A stretch of 53,098 nt of DNA from an uncultured Leptospirales bacterium (GTDB lineage Bacteria; Spirochaetota; UBA4802; UBA5550): positions 1 to 53,098 of the forward strand of contig CAYRGX010000027.1 in NCBI GenBank assembly GCA_964423905.1, read 5' to 3'. Below are positions 1 to 9,273 of the stretch, in pieces. A program made the translations under genes and the position numbers. A model generated the notes under the pieces. It did no database searches and was not told the origin of the DNA. It was given only the letters and a program-made list of their open reading frames with translations. How positions within the stretch are numbered: position 1 is the stretch's first letter; every line of letters begins with the position of its first letter.

Positions 1-149
1 GTATTTCATGGTTGACTCCTCCATATGAGGCGACAACTATGTTGACACTAGGGGTTCGTTGCGCTGACCAGAATGATCGAGGCACGCATAACTGCACCAT
101 CCTGTTTCAGGCTACCAGGTAATATGTAAGGCGCAAGCCGGGGAGAAAG

Positions 150-611
150 ATGAACGTCCATTTCAATAAATTGTCATCTAACAACGATGCGCCAATGGAT
201 TTATTGTTGCTGGCAGATCCCTCGGAAGTGCTGGTAAAAAGCTACCTTGACAAGGGAGTATGTTATACGGCTGAATATGAGGGTGAAGTTATTGGTGTCG
301 CTCTGACAATGCCAACCGGACAAAACACCATAGAAGTAATGAATATTGCAGTCAAAGAAGAATATCAAAATAAAGGAATCGGAAAGCGACTCTTACTGTA
401 TGTTATTGATGATATTAAAAAGAACGAAGATACTAAAACCATTGAAATCGGAACCGGAAACCCAGGGGTCATACAAATGCTGATATACCAGCAATGCGGT
501 TTTCGAATTGTCGATATTGATTTTGATTTCTTTAGAAGAAACTATCCTGAAAAAATCTATGAAAATGGAATTGAATGTCGAGACATGATCAGGATGCGTA
601 TTGACCTGTGA
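150..611 (+). CDS. GNAT family N-acetyltransferase
   Basis: 153-aa ORF with a GNAT motif A-like QNKGIGKRLL. GGGAGA RBS lies upstream of the ATG. Low-GC gene at the window edge. Confidence 0.65.
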   Translation: MNVHFNKLSSNNDAPMDLLLLADPSEVLVKSYLDKGVCYTAEYEGEVIGVALTMPTGQNTIEVMNIAVKEEYQNKGIGKRLLLYVIDDIKKNEDTKTIEIGTGNPGVIQMLIYQQCGFRIVDIDFDFFRRNYPEKIYENGIECRDMIRMRIDL

Positions 612-765
612 AAAAACAAGCGCCCATACTTTTTCGTAAATTGCGCCTGACATGGCGCGGGACGCCGTGCTTCTCGCCGGGTTCGTCGCCTGCGATGCCC
701 GGTACTCGCGCTTGTCCCGCCGGCGTCAGAGCACATTTACAATCACCCGCATCAAGGAGAGGGAT

Positions 766-1836
766 ATGCTGAAAAAAATACTGATCGTCGCCGGAATAAT
801 ACTGGTTGCGGCCGTCATCGTGCTAGGATATTTCTGGCACGCCATGGGCAAACCCATGTACGAGCCGGGCATGGTGAAAAAGGGCAAGAACCTTCGCGCG
901 CCGCTGGACCCGCCGCAGCAGACAGGCGAGGCCGATTACTGGCAGGTGGAAAAGGACATCAAACTCTATCATTTCTCGTCGGGAAATGGGAAAAACGTCC
1001 TGGTCATCCATGGCGGGCCGGGGTTCCCCATGGACAAGCCCCTCGCGGCCCTCGATGGCCTGAAGTACCGCTTCCATTATTACGACCAGAGGGGCTGCGG
1101 GAGGTCAACGAAGCCTTTCGACAAATTCCCGGGCTCGAACTATTTCGAGAACATGAAAACGCTTGAGCGGACCCTGGGCCTGGGAGCGCAGGTTGCAGAC
1201 ATCGAGCGGATACGGAGAATACTGAACGAGGAGAAGCTGACCCTGATAGGGCATTCCTTCGGAGCCTTTCTCGCCGTTCTGTACGCCGCCGAGTTTCCGG
1301 AAAGGGTGGAGTCGCTGGTCCTCGTGTCGCCGGCAACGGTGCTCACGCTCCCCTCGGAATCCGGTGATTTCTACGGGCGCATCAACGAGCTCCTGCCGGA
1401 GAACATGAAAAAGGATTTCAAAAATTTTCAGGCCCGCTATTTCGATTTCAAGAACATATTCTCGAAAAGCGAGGCCGAATTGAGCGGCCTGAACCTGGAA
1501 TTCATGAAGTTTTACGGGCCCGCCGTGAAGGCCGCGGGCATGCCCCTCCCCGAATTCAGGGGGTCCGTGGGGACCAACGGGTGGATGACCTTTGGCATGT
1601 TCTTCAGCATGGGCAAAACGCACGATTACAGGAAAGCGCTCGCCAATCAGTCCATTCCCGCGCTGGTGATCCACGGGGCGAAAGACATCCAGAGCGAGAA
1701 GGGAAGCAGGGAATATTGCGATATCCTGAAAAAATCGAAATTCGTCGTAATAGACAACGCCGGCCACTTCGGTTTTCACGATCAGCCCGCCGAGTTCGCG
1801 AGGGTCGTGGGGGACTTTCTGGATTCGATTAAATAA
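766..1836 (+). CDS. alpha/beta-fold hydrolase (proline iminopeptidase-like), N-terminal TM anchor
   Basis: The ORF track starts it at 652, but an internal ATG at 766 is preceded by AGGAGA. HGGPG oxyanion-hole-like motif and a GHSFG nucleophile elbow are present. N-terminal hydrophobic helix. Confidence 0.75.
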   Translation: MLKKILIVAGIILVAAVIVLGYFWHAMGKPMYEPGMVKKGKNLRAPLDPPQQTGEADYWQVEKDIKLYHFSSGNGKNVLVIHGGPGFPMDKPLAALDGLKYRFHYYDQRGCGRSTKPFDKFPGSNYFENMKTLERTLGLGAQVADIERIRRILNEEKLTLIGHSFGAFLAVLYAAEFPERVESLVLVSPATVLTLPSESGDFYGRINELLPENMKKDFKNFQARYFDFKNIFSKSEAELSGLNLEFMKFYGPAVKAAGMPLPEFRGSVGTNGWMTFGMFFSMGKTHDYRKALANQSIPALVIHGAKDIQSEKGSREYCDILKKSKFVVIDNAGHFGFHDQPAEFARVVGDFLDSIK

Positions 1837-1879
1837 GCCGAGAACGGGGGACCGGTGTGGTTGAAGACGCCAAAAATAG

Positions 1880-1909
1880 TTGACATTCATGACTTCTTTT
1901 CTGTATAAT
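1880..1909 (+). promoter_or_regulatory. sigma70-like promoter: TTGACA, 18-nt spacer, TATAAT, upstream of vapB
   Basis: TTGACA at 1880-1885 and TATAAT at 1904-1909, seen directly in the sequence. Confidence 0.4.
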
Positions 1910-1938
1910 GTATGCATACATCATGTAATGACAATAAC

Positions 1939-2172
1939 ATGAAAAGAACCCAGATATACATCGACGACGATATTTTTTCTTTTCTCGAAAAAGAAAGCAA
2001 AACAGTTCATCGCTCCATCTCCGAAATAATTCGCGAATCGATAAAGGAAAAATATCAATATCAATCGAACGTATTGATAAAAAGAATGAATGCCGTGTTT
2101 GGCATTTGGAAGAAGAAGAATTTGGATGTGAATAAGTACATTAGAACCATGCGAAAAGACAGGGACGCATGA
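1939..2172 (+). CDS. vapB: ribbon-helix-helix antitoxin (VapB-like)
   Basis: Small ORF whose stop overlaps the downstream PIN gene start by 4 nt (ATGA). N-terminal MKRTQIYIDDDIF is RHH-like. Low GC. Internal ATG at 1939 was chosen over the track start at 1912. Confidence 0.5.
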   Translation: MKRTQIYIDDDIFSFLEKESKTVHRSISEIIRESIKEKYQYQSNVLIKRMNAVFGIWKKKNLDVNKYIRTMRKDRDA

Positions 2173-2546
2173 TTTTAATAGATACGGATGTGCTCATCTG
2201 GATTTTACGCGGGCGCGTTGATATCAAAAACAAAATGGAGGAATTCATTAAAGATATCGAGGAAAAACTGTATATTTCGCCGATACAAATAGCTGAAGTA
2301 TATGCCGGCCTCAAGGAAAAAGAAAAAATTGATACGGCGTTATTCCTGGATGCATTGCCATGTATTGATATCACCGATCAGATTGGAAAACTGTCCGGAG
2401 AATATCTGAATTTATACAGGAAATCACACGGGATAACGATGGCAGACGCGATGATAGCTGCCTGTTCCAGGATATATAATCTGCGATTATGGACATTAAA
2501 CAGAAAGCATTACCCCATGATTTCCGGTAATGATTTTGTGGAGTAA
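2169..2546 (+). CDS. vapC: PIN-domain ribonuclease toxin (VapC-like)
   Basis: 125 aa with acidic residues at the PIN positions (IDTDVLI ... DAMIAA). Coupled to the upstream small ORF by an ATGA overlap. Confidence 0.75.
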   Translation: MILIDTDVLIWILRGRVDIKNKMEEFIKDIEEKLYISPIQIAEVYAGLKEKEKIDTALFLDALPCIDITDQIGKLSGEYLNLYRKSHGITMADAMIAACSRIYNLRLWTLNRKHYPMISGNDFVE

Positions 2547-2597
2547 CGTCAGCTCCTGCGCCAGCGGGAATAGTATGCGTCCCTCAAGGGAGATGCA

Positions 2598-3011
2598 ATG
2601 AGAAAGATACTCCTTATGTTGTTGTCGTGTTCGGTCCTCGCGGTGTCCGCCGAAGATCAGCAAAAGCACCGCATCGACGTCGAACACGAGAAGTGCCTGT
2701 CACTGGCAGAGAACCAGTCCACCCACGGCATGATCCACTGCGCCAATGAGGCTTATGGCAGGTGGGACAGGGAGCTGAACGTCGTGTACAAAAAGCTGAT
2801 GAACGCGCTCGACGCCGGGGGAAGGGAAAAGCTTAAGCGTTCGCAGGTCGCGTGGCTGCAGTACCGCGACCTCGAGTTCGCGCACATCGACGCGGTCCAT
2901 AAAAACCTCGAGGGGACCATGTATCAGCCGATCCGCGTCAACAACCGGGTCCGGATCGTCAGGGACAGGGTCCTCGAGCTTTCCGCGTACCTGGAACTGC
3001 TCGGATCGTAG
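2598..3011 (+). CDS. DUF1311/LprI-like (lysozyme inhibitor family) periplasmic protein
   Basis: Signal peptide, two Cys, and a W..YRD motif (QVAWLQYRDLE) typical of DUF1311. AGGGAG RBS. Confidence 0.55.
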   Translation: MRKILLMLLSCSVLAVSAEDQQKHRIDVEHEKCLSLAENQSTHGMIHCANEAYGRWDRELNVVYKKLMNALDAGGREKLKRSQVAWLQYRDLEFAHIDAVHKNLEGTMYQPIRVNNRVRIVRDRVLELSAYLELLGS

Positions 3012-3019
3012 CCTCTCGA

Positions 3020-3928
3020 CTAATCGATCCGCTTCATCGAGAGGCGTATGTTCCCGTCGGGATCTTCCCACGCAACCCAGAGCTCATGCCCGCCGATAAC
3101 GGCGAGGTGGGGAACGCGCTCCGAATTCTGGTCGCCGACCTTCACCGGGGCGCTCCACCTCCCGGACGCGCGGATCGCGTAATAGAGCCCGTTCAGCGCG
3201 GCGTTCCTGTGTTCCTTCCATGAATAGTACAAAAAATGGAGCGCGCCGCCTTTGCCGCAGGCAACCCTCGCCGGCATGTAGTTGTCGGGCAGATCGCATT
3301 TCTCTTTCGTCCAGCGGCCGTCCCTGCCCCTGACGTACAGGTCGTCATAGGTGCACACGAACATCTCCCCGGCGGGGGTCATGGCGACGCCGGGCTTCTG
3401 CCATTCCCTGTGCAGGGCGATGTTCCGCGCGGCGGCCCGGCTTTCCCACTCGCCGTTTTTCGCGCGGGACGCGTACATGAGATCGGAACGTTCCCCCCGG
3501 CTTTTCGCGTACAGGAGATGCAGCGCGCCTCTCGCGTCGACGTTCACGTAGACGGGGTACACCGTCCCGCTTTTCGAAGGCTCGATGATTTTACGCGGCG
3601 CGGACATGTTCCCCTTCGCGCCGTATGAATAATAGATGCCGTCTCCCCTGTTCGCGATCGCGTGCCTAACCTTTCTACTGTCCGTCACGGACATCTCGCT
3701 ATCGGGCCCCGCGCAGGGCGTGGCCTTGCACCACCCGCTACCGGCCCTGTACACCGCCTGCATGTGGGAACGATCGCCTTCATACACCAGACTCAGCGAC
3801 CGGTCCGCTCCGGTGATAAAGCGCGGTCCCGAGCCGGGTCCGAGATTGAGCGGGGCGGTCCATCCGGTTCCGCCATGGGACGTCGCGAGGCAGGTAAGAA
3901 TGATCGGCAGGGCAAGGAGCTTTTTCAT
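3020..3928 (-). CDS. secreted hypothetical protein (possible beta-propeller/BNR-like fold)
   Basis: Internal start MKKLLALPIILTCLATSHG is a signal peptide. The rest of the 634-aa track ORF runs antisense to the acyltransferase gene and was discarded. Repeated aromatic and Gly-rich segments. Confidence 0.5.
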   Translation of the reverse strand: MKKLLALPIILTCLATSHGGTGWTAPLNLGPGSGPRFITGADRSLSLVYEGDRSHMQAVYRAGSGWCKATPCAGPDSEMSVTDSRKVRHAIANRGDGIYYSYGAKGNMSAPRKIIEPSKSGTVYPVYVNVDARGALHLLYAKSRGERSDLMYASRAKNGEWESRAAARNIALHREWQKPGVAMTPAGEMFVCTYDDLYVRGRDGRWTKEKCDLPDNYMPARVACGKGGALHFLYYSWKEHRNAALNGLYYAIRASGRWSAPVKVGDQNSERVPHLAVIGGHELWVAWEDPDGNIRLSMKRID

Positions 3929-4111
3929 CGGTGTATCTCTCATTCGGTGATGGATATATCCCCACCGAACCGGTGCGCCTATGTCAATTGAAATATGCCA
4001 TCGCCCGCGCGGGGAATATCCCCCCACCCCCTGACAATGGTGCGATTTCTTCATTGACACCGTCATCGCCTGACACATGATACGCGCCAGGCGCATGCCT
4101 GGCCACCTGTC

Positions 4112-4867
4112 ATGGACTACGATACATACAAAAAACTCGCCGGCTCCTACCACGGGAAGTTCGCCCGTTACAACGGGGTGAAACGCGCGCTCGCGCGCCG
4201 GTATTTCTCGCTCTACCACGGGCTTCGCGTCATCGGCGCGGAACGGGTGCCGGCCGGGCCGGCGCTCATCGCGGCCAACCATGGCGGCGGCTTCGACCTC
4301 GACATCACGGCCCTGAGCCATTTTTCCCGCACGGGCAGGGACGTGCAGGTGCTCATCGACGCGAACTGGCACTTCCTGAACCACTGGTGGGGAAAATATT
4401 TCATCGGCTCGGGGATCCCCCTGTGGCTCACGGGGGGGATACGCTACGAGTTCATCGATCCCTGGCTCAGCCACGGCGGCGAAAACTTTCCGGGGCTCGT
4501 GGCCATCTTTCCGGAGGGGAACTCCGGCACCTTCAGAAAGAGACACGTGCTGCAGCGTTTCTTCCCCGGCGTGGTGCGCCTGGCCCTGCACTACCACGTG
4601 CCCATCGTGCCCGCGGCCATGATCGGCTTCCATCTGGCGAGCCCCATCATCAAGGAAATCCCCCGCGACCACCGGACGCCCGACATCATCTTCCCGCCCT
4701 TGACGCTTCCCGCGCGCTGCACGATACATTTCGGCGAGCCCTTCGAGCTTCGCGAGTTCTACGGGAAAACGCTCTCGAAGGACGAGGAGCGCCGGGTCGC
4801 GAACGAGCTCGTGCGGCCCCGCCTGCTCGAGGTCCTGAACGAACACGGCGAGTACACGATGGAATGA
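4112..4867 (+). CDS. lysophospholipid/glycerol-phosphate acyltransferase family protein (PlsC-like)
   Basis: AANHGGGFD (HX4D-like) and FPEGN motifs. Confidence 0.65.
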   Translation: MDYDTYKKLAGSYHGKFARYNGVKRALARRYFSLYHGLRVIGAERVPAGPALIAANHGGGFDLDITALSHFSRTGRDVQVLIDANWHFLNHWWGKYFIGSGIPLWLTGGIRYEFIDPWLSHGGENFPGLVAIFPEGNSGTFRKRHVLQRFFPGVVRLALHYHVPIVPAAMIGFHLASPIIKEIPRDHRTPDIIFPPLTLPARCTIHFGEPFELREFYGKTLSKDEERRVANELVRPRLLEVLNEHGEYTME

Positions 4868-5697
4868 CGCGCGTGGCAAGGGACACCGTTCGAATGAAGA
4901 TTCCCTACACGATGGCCCGCGCATGCGGGCGCGTCCCGAAACCGGCCTGGATCGCCCTCGCCTTCGTTTCGTTCATCACGCTGAACTACAACGCGCACAT
5001 CGGGTTTTACTTCTCCTTTCTCGCGTTCGTCGCGATGACGGCCTGTCTCGTTCCGGTGTTCGGCAAGGATACCGTCTCCCGCGCGGGGATCCGCTTCACC
5101 CCGACCGAAGCGCTCATCGCCCTTCCCCTGGTCGCGGCGCTGATCGTCGGCTCATACTTCATCATCACGGCGTCGGCGGGCGCACAAGGCGTGAAGTTCA
5201 CAAGCCACCTCGCGCTCGGCACGGGCCGGTTCTACGTGTTCAGCGTGTTCCAGACCCTCAACGAGGAGATCATCGCGGGGGCCCTTCTCCTGTTCTCACT
5301 CAGGAAAAAATTCCCCCGGATCCATCCCTTGCTCGTGTCTGTGCTCGTCGCGCTGGTTTTCTCGGCGGCGCATTTCGTCATGTACAGGTACGTCTTCTTC
5401 GAGCGCTCCGCCATCGGCCCCGTAGCCCTGGTATCGCTCTTCGCCGTGGGGACCGTCCGCAATAACCTCATCTTCGGTTTCGGGCACGTGTTGTTTTCAT
5501 GGGCGCTCCATCTCTCGTGGAATCTGGTCTTTTTCGGCGGGACCTACACCGTGGCCGCAAGCGGGAAGGTAATGGGCCAGGCAGGACTTTTCAATATCGT
5601 CATGGGTGACTGGCCCTTCTGCGTCGGTATATCGATCGTGGCCGCTCTGTCGGCCCTCCTTCTCCAGGCCCGCGGAGCGGGCAGGGACGACACTTAG
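4864..5697 (+). CDS. CPBP family intramembrane metalloprotease (CAAX protease-like)
   Basis: Multi-TM protein with EEIIAGALL, FSAAHF and HLSWN motifs matching the CPBP EExxxR / FxxxH / HxxxN pattern. Start at the ATG overlapping the acyltransferase stop (ATGA). Alternative start at 4894. Confidence 0.6.
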   Translation: MTRVARDTVRMKIPYTMARACGRVPKPAWIALAFVSFITLNYNAHIGFYFSFLAFVAMTACLVPVFGKDTVSRAGIRFTPTEALIALPLVAALIVGSYFIITASAGAQGVKFTSHLALGTGRFYVFSVFQTLNEEIIAGALLLFSLRKKFPRIHPLLVSVLVALVFSAAHFVMYRYVFFERSAIGPVALVSLFAVGTVRNNLIFGFGHVLFSWALHLSWNLVFFGGTYTVAASGKVMGQAGLFNIVMGDWPFCVGISIVAALSALLLQARGAGRDDT

Positions 5698-5879
5698 CGC
5701 CTGGGCGCAGCCTGATCACGGAGCTGCCGCGTCGCGCTGCACGAATCCACATATAAAAAAAAGAATGGACAATTTTAGCCGGATTTGAATTTCTATTGTG
5801 AATTCCGCTCTTTCATAGCGGCATCAGAATTACCCTATTTCAAAAAAAATAGAAATAAAAACAGGTAAAGGTTAAATCT

Positions 5880-7004
5880 ATGTCCACCATTGAAGTCAAA
5901 AAGGTGACCGACAAAAAAATGATGAAGGAATTCATCATGGTACCCTGGACGGCGAAGATCTACAAAAACGATCCCGCGTGGGTTCCACCGGTCATCCTGG
6001 ATAGAAAGCATTTCTTCGATCCGGCCCATGGGTACTTCTTCGAACACGGAGTCGCCGACTTTTTCATCGCCTACAAGGACGGAAAGGTCGCGGGCCGCAT
6101 CACCGCCCACACCTATTCCCGCTTCGAGGAAAAATACGACAAAGACACCGGCTTCTTCGGATTCTACGAGTGCATCGACGACCTGGCGGTATCAAAGGCC
6201 CTTTTCGATACGGCCCACGACTGGCTCAGGGCGAAGGGTAAAAAGAAGATGAACGGGCCGCAAAGCTTCACCGTGTACGACGAGGTCGGGTTCGACTGCA
6301 TCAACAACGGCAGGATGCCCGTGATCGGCATGTTCCACTACGCGCACTGGTACGAGAAGCACGCCCTCGCCTACGGCCTCACGAAGTACGTCGACTGGTT
6401 CTGCTTCATGGTCAAGGAAGACGGCCTGAACTGGGAACCGCTGTTTAAGATTCGCGAAGAGATGCAAAAAAAATCGGACATCAAGTTCATCACCACGAAA
6501 AAAAAAGAAATCCCCCGCAGGGCGGAGCAGATCAAGAAGATATTCAACGCGGCATGGGAGGGCAACGAAGGCCATCTGCCCTTCACCGATAAACAGTTCG
6601 AGCACCTGTTCGACGACCTCAAGCTGATCGCCATTCCCGAGCTTGCGATATTCGCCGAGAAGGACGGAGAGACCGTGGGATTCATCCTCTCGGTGCCGGA
6701 CGCCAACCCGGGTTTCGTGAAGCTCAACGGAAGGCTTTTCCCATGGCGCATCCTGAAGCTCCTGTGGAAGGTAAAGCGCACCAGGACGCTCCGCACCATC
6801 CTGCTCGGCGTGAACCCCGAGTACCGCGGGCAGAACATCGACCAGATTCTTATTCTCATGACGATCGAGATAGGAATCGGGCTTGGCTTCAACCAGTCGG
6901 ACTGCTCCCTCATAGTGGAGAGCAACAAGAAGATGATCGGCGCGCTCAAGTGGGTGAACGCGGACCGGTACAAGGGCTACCGCATTTTCCAGATGGATAT
7001 CTGA
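5880..7004 (+). CDS. two-domain GNAT-like acyltransferase family protein (function unknown)
   Basis: 374-aa ORF with good coding statistics. Its size and composition resemble the ~370-aa GNAT-fold N-acyltransferase family. Assigned by eye only. Confidence 0.45.
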   Translation: MSTIEVKKVTDKKMMKEFIMVPWTAKIYKNDPAWVPPVILDRKHFFDPAHGYFFEHGVADFFIAYKDGKVAGRITAHTYSRFEEKYDKDTGFFGFYECIDDLAVSKALFDTAHDWLRAKGKKKMNGPQSFTVYDEVGFDCINNGRMPVIGMFHYAHWYEKHALAYGLTKYVDWFCFMVKEDGLNWEPLFKIREEMQKKSDIKFITTKKKEIPRRAEQIKKIFNAAWEGNEGHLPFTDKQFEHLFDDLKLIAIPELAIFAEKDGETVGFILSVPDANPGFVKLNGRLFPWRILKLLWKVKRTRTLRTILLGVNPEYRGQNIDQILILMTIEIGIGLGFNQSDCSLIVESNKKMIGALKWVNADRYKGYRIFQMDI

Positions 7005-7067
7005 TCCGGAAAAGATCACCCGGTGGCGTACCGCTATCCGCTATCGGGCTTTTCGGAGAACCGCAGG

Positions 7068-9164
7068 TCACGCCTGCGGTTCTTTCGTCTCTTCTCCCTC
7101 CGGCGCCTCGGATGGGGGAGTCTTCTGCTCCTTCCCGTCCTTCTTCGTGATGAGGCCGGTCAGGTACGCGGAAAGCAGCCCGCCGAGATTGTCGCCTCCC
7201 TGCACCAGGAAGTCGGGCGTGACCTTCACGTTGCCCGCGGCGATCTGTTTGGCGATCTCGATCGCGGTGACGCCCTCCTGCCCGAGGGCCCGGTACTGGA
7301 GCTCGTAGGCGCGGGCGGTCGATTCGCCGATGGCCATGATCTTCGAGGCCTCGGCCTCGCCCCGGGCGCGTATCCCCTTCGCCTCTCCCTCGGCCCTGAG
7401 ACGTATCCCCTCGGCGTCCCCCTCGGCGGAGCGGATGGCCTTCTGCTTGTTCTGTTCGGCGATCTTCACGCCGATCTCGGCCTCCACGAGGTTCTTCTGC
7501 TGTTCTGCCTCGGCGCGCGTCTTTTCGGTGGCGATGCGCGTCCGCTCGGCCTTCTGCTGCTCCTCGTACATGGCCTGCTGCTGCTGCGCGATGATCTTCA
7601 TCGTCTGCGTGTCCATCAGCTGCTGCGGGAGTGTGATCTGGCAGATGAGCACGGACACGCACTCCACGTGGTACTTCTCGAGCTCGGCGCGGGCGCGCTC
7701 CTCGGCCTTGTGCTGCTCGTCCTGCCGGTCCTGCATGAAGTTCATGGCCGAGGTCGAGGACGCCTGGTTGCGGAAGCTCGAGTCGATCATGGGATGGATC
7801 ACGTGCTGTATCAGGTTGTCGATGGAGCCGATCTTCGCCACCATGTAGGGCGCCTGGTCCGGCCGGACGCGGATGATGACCTTTACCGACACGCTGATCT
7901 CGAAGCCGTCGCGGGATATGACCTTCAGCGGGTCGAAGTGCGTCTGCTGGGAGTCGTCCCAGTCGATGGTGATGTTGGTCGTGTCGATCACGTACACGAT
8001 GAAGGCGCGGCGGTTCAGGTAATAGATGCCGGGCCCCGCGACCTCCTGCTGTATTCCCCTGAACCCCTTGGGCACCACGTAGCGCTCGATGCCCACGGCG
8101 AGCCGCTTCTCGGTCTCGGCGGCCTGGGAGGCCCGGACCTCCGCGCCCCCCTCGCGCCGCGCGGTCTCCTCCACGATCTGCCTGACCTGCGGCGGCTCCT
8201 CGCCGACGTTCGAGACAACCACCGCGACCTGCCCCCTCTCCACCACGGCCACGTCGTCGAGCTGAATCTCGAACATGAGCGGGTTGATGTAGTAGGTGCC
8301 GGGCTTCAGCACGTCGTACTGCGGCCCGCGCTGCCCGCCGGACAGGAGGAACTGCGACGCGTCCTGGAAATCGTTGTGGCCCGGCACCGCCTTGGCCACG
8401 TACTCGGTCTCGGGAAGGGGAACACCGTCGAGCGCGGTGACGAGCCCCACCTTGCCCGAGGGTATGATCGTCGCTTCCCGTATTTCCACGTGGAAGAGGT
8501 CCGTGTTGATGCGGTAGGTTCCCGGAAGGAGTATTTCTATCTGCGGGCCCTTCTGTCCGCCGTTGAGGATGAACGCCTCGCCGTTCTCGTAGTTCGAGTG
8601 ACCGGCGGCCTTCTGCGCGAGCAGCCGCCCCACGGCGATGGGGCCGCCGTCCATGGCGGTGACGATGCCGATCTTGCCCTTGTCGACGATGATGGCGGAG
8701 ATGTTGCGCACGTTGAAGAGCACGGGATTGATCCGGTAGTTGCCCGGCGGCAGTATCTCGAGCTGCGGCCCCTTCTCGCCGCCGTTATCGAGGAAGGCCT
8801 CGCCGTCCTGGAAGGAGTTGTGCTCGCGCGCCACCCTGGCGAAGATCTTTCCCGCGGGGATGGGGCTCCCGTCGATGGACTCGACGACCCCCACCTCCTC
8901 CTCGCCGATGATCGTGAAGGGCGTCTTCCTGGCTTTGTAGAGATAGGGTATCAGCACGTGGAGCCCCGGGCCGAGCGTCCTGGCCTGGATACCGACCTCC
9001 CGCCACATGGCGAGAACCCTTCCCCTGGGCATGTTCCGGCCCAGCCAGCGCCGCTCGATCACGGCGATCTCCCTGCCACCGACGACGATGATCGACTGGA
9101 TCACGGTGATAACGAGAAACACGGTCCCGAACACGATGAGCGCGTACAGCAGTATTTCAATCAT
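7068..9164 (-). CDS. flotillin-like SPFH/band-7 protein (YqiK family) with three tandem ~60-aa N-terminal repeats
   Basis: N-terminal TM helix, then three repeats of the NGEAFL.NGG.KGPQ.EIL.PGTYRIN type, then an SPFH core and a coiled-coil Glu/Ala/Gln-rich C-terminus. AGGAAGGA RBS. Confidence 0.75.
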   Translation of the reverse strand: MIEILLYALIVFGTVFLVITVIQSIIVVGGREIAVIERRWLGRNMPRGRVLAMWREVGIQARTLGPGLHVLIPYLYKARKTPFTIIGEEEVGVVESIDGSPIPAGKIFARVAREHNSFQDGEAFLDNGGEKGPQLEILPPGNYRINPVLFNVRNISAIIVDKGKIGIVTAMDGGPIAVGRLLAQKAAGHSNYENGEAFILNGGQKGPQIEILLPGTYRINTDLFHVEIREATIIPSGKVGLVTALDGVPLPETEYVAKAVPGHNDFQDASQFLLSGGQRGPQYDVLKPGTYYINPLMFEIQLDDVAVVERGQVAVVVSNVGEEPPQVRQIVEETARREGGAEVRASQAAETEKRLAVGIERYVVPKGFRGIQQEVAGPGIYYLNRRAFIVYVIDTTNITIDWDDSQQTHFDPLKVISRDGFEISVSVKVIIRVRPDQAPYMVAKIGSIDNLIQHVIHPMIDSSFRNQASSTSAMNFMQDRQDEQHKAEERARAELEKYHVECVSVLICQITLPQQLMDTQTMKIIAQQQQAMYEEQQKAERTRIATEKTRAEAEQQKNLVEAEIGVKIAEQNKQKAIRSAEGDAEGIRLRAEGEAKGIRARGEAEASKIMAIGESTARAYELQYRALGQEGVTAIEIAKQIAAGNVKVTPDFLVQGGDNLGGLLSAYLTGLITKKDGKEQKTPPSEAPEGEETKEPQA

Positions 9165-9273
9165 GGCGGACGTCCTTCCTGTGGTAGTGGATGGGCGAGC
9201 ATGCTACACCGGGAAGCCGGCGGAATCAATTACATTTTTCGGGGCGCACCAAATATCGGGGGGCCCGTCCCGG

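Noticed and set aside
1105-1917. 270-aa minus ORF
   Set aside because: Antisense to the alpha/beta hydrolase gene.
4387-4863. N-terminal extension of the CPBP ORF
   Set aside because: It overlaps the acyltransferase in another frame and is Arg/Pro-rich. The ATG at 4864 overlapping the upstream stop is the sensible start.
3929-4924. 5' extension of the long minus ORF 3020-4924
   Set aside because: The extension is antisense to the acyltransferase CDS. A signal-peptide start with good context exists at 3928.
6192-7019. 275-aa minus ORF and 6371-6973 minus ORF
   Set aside because: Antisense to the GNAT-like gene.
9246-9262. Looked for CRISPR arrays, IS elements/transposases, integrases and rRNA
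   Set aside because: No regularly spaced direct repeats, no transposase- or integrase-like ORFs, and no rRNA-like segments were found anywhere in the window.
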